Of a stretch of 35,728 nucleotides of DNA, positions 7,016-13,976 are shown one piece after another. The first letter of the stretch is position 1, and the number at the start of each line of letters is the position of its first letter. The DNA is from a virus. The stretch is from the IMG/VR virus record IMGVR_UViG_3300045988_069534; one strand, given 5' to 3'. Made by a program: the position numbers and the translations under genes. Under the pieces are notes generated by a model. The model was not told where the DNA came from. It made no database searches and was given only the letters and a program-made list of their open reading frames with translations.

Positions 7016-7462
7016 TCAAAATAAAAGATTTAATGCTGCAATCACTCCGTATGCAGCGAATATTGATACAACCGCAATCGCAGCCGGGATCAGCTTTTCT
7101 GCTTTTGCTTTCCGCAGCCGCCGGATCCACGCACGTTCCTTGACCGGGTTTGTGGCTTTGTCGTCTATGTACTCATGTGCAAAGATCTTTCGGCTGTCAT
7201 TGCCCCACTTTTCCACATTCTCTGGCACGTTCTCGTTGATATAGTCAAATTCAAGCCCATGTTCCTTGCACCATTCGACCGCGGCTGTCAGATCTTCCCC
7301 GCAGCGGCATGTCCACAGAATCAAAATGCAGCCTTGCTTTTTCAGTGCCTTGCAAATTGCAATTTCATTCCACTTCGGTTCAATGATCGTCGGAAACTGT
7401 GTGACTGCCAGCGTGCCGTCGAAGTCTACTGCAATGATCTTGCGGTATTCTGCGGCGCTCAT
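7016..7462 (-). CDS. HAD-superfamily hydrolase-like protein with C-terminal TM helix
   Basis: N-terminal DxDGT motif (IAVDFDGTLA). C-terminal hydrophobic segment LIPAAIAVVSIFAAYGVIAALNLLF. Confidence 0.7.
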   Translation of the reverse strand: MSAAEYRKIIAVDFDGTLAVTQFPTIIEPKWNEIAICKALKKQGCILILWTCRCGEDLTAAVEWCKEHGLEFDYINENVPENVEKWGNDSRKIFAHEYIDDKATNPVKERAWIRRLRKAKAEKLIPAAIAVVSIFAAYGVIAALNLLF

Positions 7463-7854
7463 AAGACAGCCCCTTTGAAAATGCGGTGAAATACAGACTT
7501 TCTCTTTGCGTCCAGTTCTGCCAGTCTGTCGCTTCCTGCTTTGTTCAGCATGTCCACCAGTTGTGCCAGTTCGTCTTTTGTGATCAGCCCGGCGCGCAGG
7601 ATCCCGTTTGCGAAGCCTGCTGCCAGTCCGGTTTTTGCAAATACGCTTTCCCGGTCTTCTGCGTGTCTTGCTTCCTGTGCCAGCTTTGCGAACTGCTGCA
7701 TTGCTTCTTCCTGTTCTTTGATTCTTCCGCGCGCCGCATGAATGAAGATAGAATCCTTCTTCACGGACATTCCGCTGATAAAGCGCATAAATTCTTCCGT
7801 CTGGCGTCTGCTCATTTCATCCAGTACAATTCCTATCGTCGGTCTTTTTAACAT
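7459..7854 (-). CDS. hypothetical protein (131 aa)
   Basis: ATG 7854 with GAAGGGAG 9 nt upstream. Overlaps the upstream stop (ATGTTAA). The 239-aa ORF-track form lies inside 7848..8525 in another frame. Confidence 0.7.
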   Translation of the reverse strand: MLKRPTIGIVLDEMSRRQTEEFMRFISGMSVKKDSIFIHAARGRIKEQEEAMQQFAKLAQEARHAEDRESVFAKTGLAAGFANGILRAGLITKDELAQLVDMLNKAGSDRLAELDAKRKSVFHRIFKGAVL

Positions 7855-8525
7855 GTTTTTTCGCTCCCTTCTGTTTTCTGTTCGTCTGTATCTTCTGCAA
7901 AGCCCAGCTGTGTGACTGATACTTCGTGCGTTGTGGCAAGGTATGGCGGCTTTCCGTCCGGCATTTTCTTTTTGTACTCTCTGGACTGCATGCGTCCGGT
8001 AATTTCCACATACGCCCCTACTTTCAGCTTTGCCGCAGCTTCCGCAACGTTTCGCCAACATACGCAAGGGATATAATCTGCGCCGTGGTGGCTGTTTACC
8101 GCCACAATAAAGCTTGTGACTGCTATTTTTCCGAAGCGTGCCGTTGCTATCCGTGGATCCTTGCAAATATGCCCGCACAGCTTGACTTCGTTCTGTGGAT
8201 CAGCTGGTGGATCATTTACTGCGATCACCTTTGCATAGATGCAGATTTTCACCCGTGGTTCGTGCGGCTCTGGGTTGTCCATGTTTTGTGTTCTTACTTC
8301 GCCGCCGATCAGCACTTCTTTTCCTTTTTTGATGTTCAAAAGTGCTTTTTTCGTCCCTGCTGCCTGCCCCGGAAACTGAACGAAAAATTTGTCTTTCGTT
8401 CCGCTTGGGCGTCTATACTCCAGTACCGCTTCATATACTTTCTGCGCCCATGTCGGCGCGTCCATAACTACGCGCGGCTTCGTCGTGATGATCCCGACAA
8501 TTCCTGCTGCATTGTTTTTGCTCAT
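7848..8525 (-). CDS. tandem OB-fold SSB-like ssDNA-binding protein, no acidic tail
   Basis: The C-terminal half matches the SSB pattern (KLCGHICKDPRIATARFGKIAVTSFIVAVN...DYIPCVCWRNVAEAAAKLKVGAYVEITGRMQSREY). The N-terminal half has a second OB-like pattern. ATG 8525 with AAAGGGGAAA upstream. Confidence 0.65.
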   Translation of the reverse strand: MSKNNAAGIVGIITTKPRVVMDAPTWAQKVYEAVLEYRRPSGTKDKFFVQFPGQAAGTKKALLNIKKGKEVLIGGEVRTQNMDNPEPHEPRVKICIYAKVIAVNDPPADPQNEVKLCGHICKDPRIATARFGKIAVTSFIVAVNSHHGADYIPCVCWRNVAEAAAKLKVGAYVEITGRMQSREYKKKMPDGKPPYLATTHEVSVTQLGFAEDTDEQKTEGSEKTC

Positions 8526-8544
8526 TTCTTTGTTTCCCCTTTCT

Positions 8545-9069
8545 TCAAATATCGCCATTCTTTGAAAGAATGTCGTAGATCTCCGCTTTCAGTCTTACGA
8601 TCTCCAGCTTTGATTCTTCCAGCTGCTCCGTGGCGGTTCTGACCTGTTCTTGCAGGCTTTCTTCTGTCTCCCGCCAGATCACAGTTTCTTTGCTGTATTC
8701 TTCTTCCTGCTCCAGCATTGTTTCTCTCTGTTGTTGCAGATCATTTGCAAGGTTTCTGTTTTGCTGCTCCAGCTTTTCGATCCGCTGCCGCAGTTCGCGT
8801 GCGTTTTCTGTGTTTCCCGGTTCCTGCATGAATACGTTGTAAACGTCCAGCAGCTTGTCAACTCCCAGCACGTCTGCGATCATCTGTGCTGTGGTTGTCC
8901 TGCTATGCTCGAACATGACTTTGAAAGCTGGCGGCGTAAGTCTCCGCAAGTAGCTTTCAAGCGCATTCACTGAATGTCTGTCGGTTGTTCCTTGTGTTTT
9001 GTAGTTATCAACGACCATCTGCAAGCAGTCGTTCGTTGTTCCCCATCCTTCTTTTTCCCATACAGCCAT
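8545..9069 (-). CDS. hypothetical coiled-coil protein (174 aa)
   Basis: ATG 9069 with AAAGGAAGGAAAG upstream. The C-terminal half has heptad-like, Q/E/L-rich sequence. Confidence 0.7.
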   Translation of the reverse strand: MAVWEKEGWGTTNDCLQMVVDNYKTQGTTDRHSVNALESYLRRLTPPAFKVMFEHSRTTTAQMIADVLGVDKLLDVYNVFMQEPGNTENARELRQRIEKLEQQNRNLANDLQQQRETMLEQEEEYSKETVIWRETEESLQEQVRTATEQLEESKLEIVRLKAEIYDILSKNGDI

Positions 9070-9091
9070 TTGCTTTCCTTCCTTTCTGTGC

Positions 9092-9385
9092 TTAGATGTG
9101 GATTGTATAATAAAGCGTTGATTGCAGATCCGCGAAGTAATAGTCCGGCGTTTCATCCGGTTTCAGCGGTGATGCAAGCCCGCGTTTCTTCCGGTCCTTG
9201 TGCCGCAGTTCCGGCACTGCTCTGAATTTCTTTACTTCGCAGCTTCCGAAGGTATCTTGCAGCTGCTTTTCTGAATCCAGCTTGTATGCTCCGACATAGC
9301 CGACAAAAAGGTCTTTTCCGTCCTTTACGATCCGCAGCCTGTCGGACGGCTCAATCAGCTGCAATATATCGTCTACTGTTGTCAT
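9092..9385 (-). CDS. hypothetical protein (97 aa)
   Basis: ATG 9385 forms an ATGA overlap with the upstream stop at 9382. Confidence 0.7.
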   Translation of the reverse strand: MTTVDDILQLIEPSDRLRIVKDGKDLFVGYVGAYKLDSEKQLQDTFGSCEVKKFRAVPELRHKDRKKRGLASPLKPDETPDYYFADLQSTLYYTIHI

Positions 9386-9792
9386 GCGTTTTCTTCTTTC
9401 GCAAGTTCTTTCAGTACTTCAACGTTCTGCTTTTCCAGAAGTGTTTCAGCCTTCACAAACGCTTTGAATGCTTTTATTGTCAGCTTGTACGATTTTTTCT
9501 TTTCTTTTTCTTTTAATCTCTCAATGATGCCTTTTTCTATTGCGCGCTTCGCCACATACTTTATACATTCAATTTCTTTTTCTTCTCGCAGTATCTCGTC
9601 GTCGCAAATCAAAGCAGTGTCGCAACTCATTATTGCGATCCCGTTTCTCGGATCAATTATGTATACAGTCTGGTCTGCGCTCACATAACTATAAAATTTT
9701 CTTGTTGCAATTTCCAGTTCGTACCCGCATTCCTTCCGTACACCTTTTACGCCTTTTTGTTGCTGTAGTGTGTAAAATATTTTCTTTTCCAT
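9382..9792 (-). CDS. hypothetical protein (136 aa)
   Basis: ATG 9792 with AGGGGGG upstream, 10 nt after the previous stop. The longer ORF-track form overlaps 9803..10018. Confidence 0.7.
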   Translation of the reverse strand: MEKKIFYTLQQQKGVKGVRKECGYELEIATRKFYSYVSADQTVYIIDPRNGIAIMSCDTALICDDEILREEKEIECIKYVAKRAIEKGIIERLKEKEKKKSYKLTIKAFKAFVKAETLLEKQNVEVLKELAKEENA

Positions 9793-9802
9793 TTTTGCCC
9801 CC

Positions 9803-10018
9803 CTATATCCCGGATCTGATCTGCTCCAGTTCTGCTGCCACATCAGCGCCGCTGTACTCTGCCAGCAGCTTTTCGCTGATCTGATACGTCCATTTTGTTG
9901 ACATTTTCAGCGCCGTTCCTATCGGCAGGATCCCGCGCTGCATCCCGATTCTGACGAACTGATCCGAAACGTGAAGCAGTGCTGCTGCTTCTGTTACCTT
10001 GATTTTTCCTGCTGTCAT
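9803..10018 (-). CDS. small HTH DNA-binding protein (excisionase/AlpA-like pattern)
   Basis: VTEAAALLHVSDQFVRIGMQRGILPIG resembles Xis/MerR-type HTH. Preceded by the conserved early-gene box. Confidence 0.55.
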   Translation of the reverse strand: MTAGKIKVTEAAALLHVSDQFVRIGMQRGILPIGTALKMSTKWTYQISEKLLAEYSGADVAAELEQIRSGI

Positions 10019-10027
10019 GTGTCTTCG

Positions 10028-10045
10028 CTCCTTTCGTCGGTGTGT
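10028..10045 (-). repeat. early-gene box copy 5 (ACACACCGACGAAAGGAG, minus sense)
   Basis: The minus strand reads TTAAACACACCGACGAAAGGAGCGAAGACAC-ATG(10018). Confidence 0.8.
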
Positions 10046-10870
10046 TTAATCTTCCCAGATCTCATTCGCTTCTTTTTCGCAATTCCTATCTATGAAATAC
10101 TGGTACAAAAATTCCTTCTGTGCTTTTGTATACCTCTTTCCCGGTGAAGTTGTCGGGATCGCGATTCCCTGCGACGGGTTATGCAGCAGCACCCAGCCGC
10201 GATCTGTCAGAAAATCGCCGTATGAAATGTATTTTCGTGCTTCCTGCTGCTTTTCTTCGTGTTCGTCGCCGTAAAACTCCGCGACGTGATCTGCCGCCCA
10301 TTCTCCGTGCATCCCGAATTCTACCGGGTGAAAAGTTCCGTTCGGCTCCAGCCACCCGTAATCGTCGTCGGTTCCTGTCTCCATGCGTTTTATGAAAGAA
10401 TCAAGAAGGGCGCTTCCGGTGCTTTCGCTTTCTTCTTCCATGTTGGCAAATAACTTTTCGCCCGTTTCTTCCCTGTACTGCTTCTGGGCTTCTCTCCTTT
10501 CCCAGCTTGACATGTAACCGCTTGCAACAAATCCCAGCTTTTCTTCTACTTGGTGCAGTTCCTTTTCTGCCTGTTCCGCTCTTTCGTGCAGCTTTTCAAG
10601 TGTTTTTGCAACGTTCCACCGTTCGTCCCTCTGATCAAGATAATGGAATCTGTAATCGTCGCCCGGATATGTCCCCGTTATCTCTGCGCGTCCGTCCAGT
10701 ATTGCAAAAGCCAGCCCCTTTCTTTCGTTGTCCGTGATCTCGTCGGATTCAAGGCAGCTTTCCAGAAGGTTTATTGCATATTCCATCTTCCCTTCATAGT
10801 GGCACTTCTCCCGCGCCAGCCGTGTGATAAAATCACCGTTTATGCTGAATGTCATTGTTCTTTCTTCCAT
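10046..10870 (-). CDS. hypothetical protein (274 aa, acidic)
   Basis: ATG 10870 is preceded by the conserved box, which includes GAAGGGAG. Protein-like composition. Confidence 0.75.
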   Translation of the reverse strand: MEERTMTFSINGDFITRLAREKCHYEGKMEYAINLLESCLESDEITDNERKGLAFAILDGRAEITGTYPGDDYRFHYLDQRDERWNVAKTLEKLHERAEQAEKELHQVEEKLGFVASGYMSSWERREAQKQYREETGEKLFANMEEESESTGSALLDSFIKRMETGTDDDYGWLEPNGTFHPVEFGMHGEWAADHVAEFYGDEHEEKQQEARKYISYGDFLTDRGWVLLHNPSQGIAIPTTSPGKRYTKAQKEFLYQYFIDRNCEKEANEIWED

Positions 10871-11166
10871 GTGTCTTCGCTCCCTTCGTCGGTGTGTGCG
10901 TTTCTCTCTGCTATGGTCAAATACTTGTCGTCGATCAGCTGATCTATGTCGATCAGATTCTGTCTGAACTGTTCTTCCTTTATATGTCGCCAGATCGTGT
11001 GCCTGCTGCCTATGTACATCAGCGATTGAAAAACATCTGTCAGCGTGTATTTTTCAAAAGGTCTGCTGCCGTCCTTAGCTATGTACTGCTGATAATTCGG
11101 CAATAACTCCCGCAGGGCTGCTTCTTCTTTCTCTGTCAAGTCATATTTGACCGTGTACTGTGTCAT
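10852..11166 (-). CDS. hypothetical protein (104 aa)
   Basis: ATG 11166 is preceded by a variant of the box. The 3' end overlaps the next gene by 19 nt. Confidence 0.7.
   Translation of the reverse strand: MTQYTVKYDLTEKEEAALRELLPNYQQYIAKDGSRPFEKYTLTDVFQSLMYIGSRHTIWRHIKEEQFRQNLIDIDQLIDDKYLTIAERNAHTDEGSEDTWKKEQ
10880..10898 (-). repeat. early-gene box copy 4 (CACACACCGACGAAGGGAG)
   Basis: The minus strand reads GCACACACCGACGAAGGGAGCGAAGACAC-ATG(10870). It lies inside the 3' coding end of 10852..11166. Confidence 0.8.
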
Positions 11167-11173
11167 GTCGTGT

Positions 11174-11193
11174 CTCCTTTCTTCGGTGTGTGG
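11174..11193 (-). repeat. early-gene box copy 3, variant (CCACACACCGAAGAAAGGAG)
   Basis: The minus strand reads AACCACACACCGAAGAAAGGAGACACGAC-ATG(11166). Confidence 0.7.
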
Positions 11194-11212
11194 TTATTTT
11201 CTCTTTATTTTC

Positions 11213-11241
11213 TTTATTTTTTTATTTGTTTCTGATATAAT
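11213..11241 (+). promoter_or_regulatory. extended -10 promoter candidate for the plus-strand unit
   Basis: TGaTATAAT at 11233..11241, with a weak -35 (TTTATT) 17 bp upstream in an AT-rich tract. Confidence 0.4.
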
Positions 11242-11275
11242 ATGTTTGTCGCCTTACGAAAGGATGTGATCGCGT

Positions 11276-11458
11276 ATGGTAATAGACAATATTGTATTTT
11301 CGGAAGAAATGAGCGCCGCAACCTTGACGGTTGCTATGCTCCCTTATCTTTCCTTTGAATATGAAAAAGCCTACAATACCGCCGATCTGCTGGAAATCGC
11401 TGTCAGAATATACAATGATATTCTTGATCGCTTTTCCGGCGTGAATTCTCAAAAATAG
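11276..11458 (+). CDS. small hypothetical protein (60 aa), the only plus-strand ORF inside the early region
   Basis: ATG with GAAAGGA 11 nt upstream. Balanced composition (MVIDNIVFSEEMSAATLTVAMLPYLSFEYEKAYNTADLLEIAVRIYNDILDRF...). Flanked by a promoter and a terminator on the same strand. Confidence 0.4.
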   Translation: MVIDNIVFSEEMSAATLTVAMLPYLSFEYEKAYNTADLLEIAVRIYNDILDRFSGVNSQK

Positions 11459-11481
11459 CCGCAAACTATTTTTTTTGATCC

Positions 11482-11530
11482 ACAAACCGACGAAGTATAC
11501 AACCGACGAAAATACACATCCCGACGAAAC
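11482..11530 (+). repeat. three tandem plus-sense copies of the box core (ACA..CCGACGAA)
   Basis: CCGACGAA occurs at 11487..11494, 11503..11510 and 11521..11528 (offsets 16 and 18 nt). Copy 1, CACAAACCGACGAAG, differs from the box by 1 nt. Confidence 0.75.
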
Positions 11531-11576
11531 TTTGCTGCTTATGCAGCACCACTAAATACAGGCGACATTCTATGGC

Positions 11577-11610
11577 AAGCGTTGTGTGTCCAGCACAGCG
11601 CTTGTTTTTA
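11577..11610 (+). terminator. plus-strand intrinsic terminator closing the small plus unit
   Basis: 10-bp stem AAGCGUUGUG (11577..11586) / CACAGCGCUU (11594..11603), including one G-U pair, followed by GUUUUUA. Confidence 0.5.
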
Positions 11611-11844
11611 TGTAAGTTCTACGAAGTAGTTGTCTTCTGTCTCTCTTCCTAAATCCTTGAAAAATGCGTAGCGGTTGCCGTTGTATTCTTCCAGAATCCC
11701 GTAAAATTCGATCTTTGCTCTGAATGCTCCGCGCTGCTGCACTGCTTCGTCGATATTTTCCAGCGTTGTGATTGTTCCCCATACGCTGCCGCACGTCACA
11801 TCATTTATACAATCAAGGCTGTATCTTCCTTTACTCTGCAACAT
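11608..11844 (-). CDS. hypothetical protein (78 aa)
   Basis: ATG 11844 is preceded by the conserved box. Overlaps the upstream gene by 14 nt. Confidence 0.7.
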   Translation of the reverse strand: MLQSKGRYSLDCINDVTCGSVWGTITTLENIDEAVQQRGAFRAKIEFYGILEEYNGNRYAFFKDLGRETEDNYFVELT

Positions 11845-12397
11845 TTTTTCTTTCTCCCTTCGTCGGTGTGTAGTCTTTCATCTCTACTGGTTCTTCGCTT
11901 GCGTCTTCCCCGGTTGCGTAGTTCTTGTCTGACGGGAAAGTGGTATATTGTCCCGTGTATATGCCGTACATCCCGGAACCACCCGAACTAAATCTGAACC
12001 ATGCCGGGCGCTTGCACAGTACGCGTTTTATTCCTATGCGTGCAAGTCCTTTTTCAGTGGTTGCCTGTGTCCATTTTACTGTACCGTCCGGCATTTCTAC
12101 GCGAAGTTTGCTTGTCTTTCCATATCCCGTGAAGGATCTGCACTGACACCACTTTGCATTCACTAGCACGCCGTCAAGCGTTGCGTATTCTACAAACCAG
12201 TCAAAGCCGCCGTTCTGGATCAGCTTTATTTTGTCCCTTGCAAGATCTCTTCCGCGTTCTTCCACTCTCATTGATACGAAGCAATCTTCTTGATCTGTTT
12301 CGCCATTGTTTATCCTGTCCCAACGGCGCGACATTTGATTTTCGTATCTTTCGATCTCTGCTTCAAGTTCCCGGATCAATTCTTCCCCATACTTCAT
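11831..12397 (-). CDS. hypothetical protein (188 aa)
   Basis: ATG 12397 is preceded by the conserved box. First gene after the cro-like gene. Confidence 0.75.
   Translation of the reverse strand: MKYGEELIRELEAEIERYENQMSRRWDRINNGETDQEDCFVSMRVEERGRDLARDKIKLIQNGGFDWFVEYATLDGVLVNAKWCQCRSFTGYGKTSKLRVEMPDGTVKWTQATTEKGLARIGIKRVLCKRPAWFRFSSGGSGMYGIYTGQYTTFPSDKNYATGEDASEEPVEMKDYTPTKGERKNVAE
11854..11872 (-). repeat. early-gene box copy 2 (TACACACCGACGAAGGGAG)
   Basis: The minus strand reads GACTACACACCGACGAAGGGAGAAAGAAAAA-ATG(11844). It lies in the coding 3' end of 11831..12397, in a different frame from copy 4. Confidence 0.8.
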
Positions 12398-12406
12398 GTT
12401 TTCTTT

Positions 12407-12428
12407 CTCTCCTTCGTCGGTGTGTGTG
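12407..12428 (-). repeat. early-gene box copy 1 (CACACACACCGACGAAGGAGAG)
   Basis: The minus strand reads ATCACACACACCGACGAAGGAGAGAAAGAAAAC-ATG(12397). Confidence 0.8.
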
Positions 12429-12436
12429 ATGTTGGT

Positions 12437-12679
12437 TTATACCAGCTGTGCTGCCTTGTCCTGCTCCCAGATTCCCGCTTCTGCTGCTATTGCATCCGGG
12501 TTCGCTCCCATGGCTTTGCAGATTTCGTAGTATTCTGTAACTTCTATTTTTCTTTTTTCATTGAGCATAGCCCCCAGAATCTGCGGTCTGATTCCTGCTT
12601 TATCGGACACGAACTGCTGCTTGATTCCGTGGCGCTTCATGTATGTTTTCAATGTGTTTCCCATGGTTTTGTTTGCCAT
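12437..12679 (-). CDS. Cro-like XRE-family HTH regulator (80 aa)
   Basis: HTH_3 pattern (LKTYMKRHGIKQQFVSDKAGIRPQILGAMLNEKRKI). Divergent from the repressor gene. RBS AAAGGAGAAA. Confidence 0.85.
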   Translation of the reverse strand: MANKTMGNTLKTYMKRHGIKQQFVSDKAGIRPQILGAMLNEKRKIEVTEYYEICKAMGANPDAIAAEAGIWEQDKAAQLV

Positions 12680-12699
12680 TCCGTTTTTCTCCTTTCATG

Positions 12700-12773
12700 T
12701 ACTGCATTTCTGTATATTTGCATGATAATACTGCAATACAGTTTTGTCAATACTTTTTTACTGTTTTTCTGTA
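12700..12773. promoter_or_regulatory. three operator-like sites in the divergent switch region
   Basis: TACTGCATTTCTGTA (12700..12714), TACTGCAATACAGT (12729..12742) and TACTGTTTTTCTGTA (12759..12773). The half-sites TACTG/CAGTA-like are inverted. Site starts are 29-30 bp apart. Confidence 0.55.
12722..12750 (-). promoter_or_regulatory. early lytic (PR-like) promoter
   Basis: Minus strand has TTGACA (12750..12745), a 17-bp spacer, then TATCAT (12727..12722). Operator site 2 lies in the spacer. Confidence 0.6.
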
Positions 12774-12781
12774 CTTTTTTA

Positions 12782-12810
12782 TTGAAAGTCTTGTTTTGCT
12801 GTGGTAATAT
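12782..12810 (+). promoter_or_regulatory. repressor-gene promoter
   Basis: TTGAAA (12782..12787), 17-bp spacer, TGg-TAATAT (12802..12810). Lies 28 nt upstream of ATG 12839. Confidence 0.6.
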
Positions 12811-12838
12811 ACATTTAAAGAAAGGCGGTAACACATAA

Positions 12839-13213
12839 ATGACAATACAAACAGAGAAGAAAATAAAAGAGAATATCCAGAAAAACCTTGTATTCTATAG
12901 AAAAAAATTGAAGATAACCCAGCGGCAACTTGCTGATTATTTAGAAACTGGCGTTTCTACTGTTTCCGGCTGGGAACGTGGCGCATACACTCCAGACATT
13001 GACACGTTATTTGCAATTTGCAAACTGTTTCATATAGGTTTGAATGATATGTGTGGAATATCTGCTGATAACTCCCCACTTACCGACGACGAAAACGACC
13101 TTCTGAATACATACAAGATTCTGAATGACGCAGGACGTCAAAAGCTGTTAGAACGTGCTGTAGAACTCCGGGATCTGGGGTATGTAAAAGGGGCCGCAGA
13201 AAAAATGGCATAA
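12839..13213 (+). CDS. CI-like XRE-family repressor (124 aa, no S24 peptidase domain)
   Basis: HTH_3 pattern (LVFYRKKLKITQRQLADYLETGVSTVSGWERGAYTPDIDTLFAICKLF). Divergent from the cro-like gene. Confidence 0.88.
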   Translation: MTIQTEKKIKENIQKNLVFYRKKLKITQRQLADYLETGVSTVSGWERGAYTPDIDTLFAICKLFHIGLNDMCGISADNSPLTDDENDLLNTYKILNDAGRQKLLERAVELRDLGYVKGAAEKMA

Positions 13214-13275
13214 AGTACCAGAAAAATGGAAAAGTTATACATATTGATTTTCATACATAGAAAGGAAGATGCGAC

Positions 13276-13821
13276 TTGAAAAAATTTTTACTTTATTTCT
13301 TTGGTATCTGTTGCGTAATTTCAAGTGTTGTCGGTTTTATACAATATGGAATTCTAAATGGTGTCACTTGTTTGATCATAGGCGTTGTGCTTATCTCATT
13401 AGCCCGCCAGCCCAGTGATCCTGCTGCTGTAGATTCTCCCGAAGCTGTGCAGCCACAATCGCAGCCGCAGCGAACAAAGACCATCACTTTTGATGTTGCT
13501 GGTGTCACTTTCAACAACGAAAGTGGGCGGCTTCGCTCCAGACAAACGATATTGAAAAAAATTTCCTTTTGTGATCCACCGTTTGATTCTGGATATGCCG
13601 CACGTCTTGAAAGGTATTTATATAATGATGAACCCGCCTATTATGTATATGTGAATGATTATATAGTCGGCAACGTTCCGAAAGGTTTTATTCCTTACTT
13701 GGAGAAAAACGCCGGGCGTCCTTATATCGTGGAATATTTCAAAGTACACGGCGGCGGCAAGAAAAAATATTATGGTGCTGAAATGAGAATAAAATATACA
13801 GATATAGAAGGTGAAGAATAA
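13276..13821 (+). CDS. membrane-anchored HIRAN-like domain protein (181 aa)
   Basis: TTG start with AGAAAGGAAG 7 nt upstream. N-terminal TM region (LLYFFGICCVISSVVGFIQYGILNGVTCLIIGVVLISL). The C-terminal region fits the HIRAN pattern (FDVAGVTF...RQTIL...LERYLYNDEPAYYVYVNDYIVGNVPKGFIPYLEKN...). Confidence 0.65.
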   Translation: MKKFLLYFFGICCVISSVVGFIQYGILNGVTCLIIGVVLISLARQPSDPAAVDSPEAVQPQSQPQRTKTITFDVAGVTFNNESGRLRSRQTILKKISFCDPPFDSGYAARLERYLYNDEPAYYVYVNDYIVGNVPKGFIPYLEKNAGRPYIVEYFKVHGGGKKKYYGAEMRIKYTDIEGEE

Positions 13822-13976
13822 TGAAGAAGAAAAAATCATTGATCAAAGGACTTTCGTTCAGTCCCAGCCGGGCGCTTGGTATCTCGCAGGCAAAAGTGAA
13901 AGTTGCAAAGGCAACCGGGATCCCGACTAATAAAGCCGGGCGTCAACGGAAAGCTGGCAAAATGCTTGGTCTGTAA
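13821..13976 (+). CDS. small basic protein (51 aa)
   Basis: ATG overlaps the upstream stop (TAATG). Translation MKKKKSLIKGLSFSPSRALGISQAKVKVAKATGIPTNKAGRQRKAGKMLGL. Below the ORF-track cutoff. Confidence 0.35.
   Translation: MKKKKSLIKGLSFSPSRALGISQAKVKVAKATGIPTNKAGRQRKAGKMLGL

Noticed and set aside
7855-8178. N-terminal 108 codons of the 239-aa ORF 7459..8178
   Set aside because: This stretch lies entirely inside the SSB-like gene in another frame and is Arg/Cys-rich. A strong RBS precedes the internal ATG at 7854.
11305-11316. 12-nt match (agaaatgagcgc) to the 3' end of the tail-fibre gene (18916..18927)
   Set aside because: The similarity stops immediately on both sides. A single 12-mer match to a ~180-nt query is expected by chance in a 36-kb window.
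11222-11485. 87-aa minus-strand ORF in the AT-rich gap
   Set aside because: It has no RBS, and its composition is odd (runs of K/I/F/R). It overlaps the better-supported plus-strand unit, which has a promoter, RBS, ORF and terminator.
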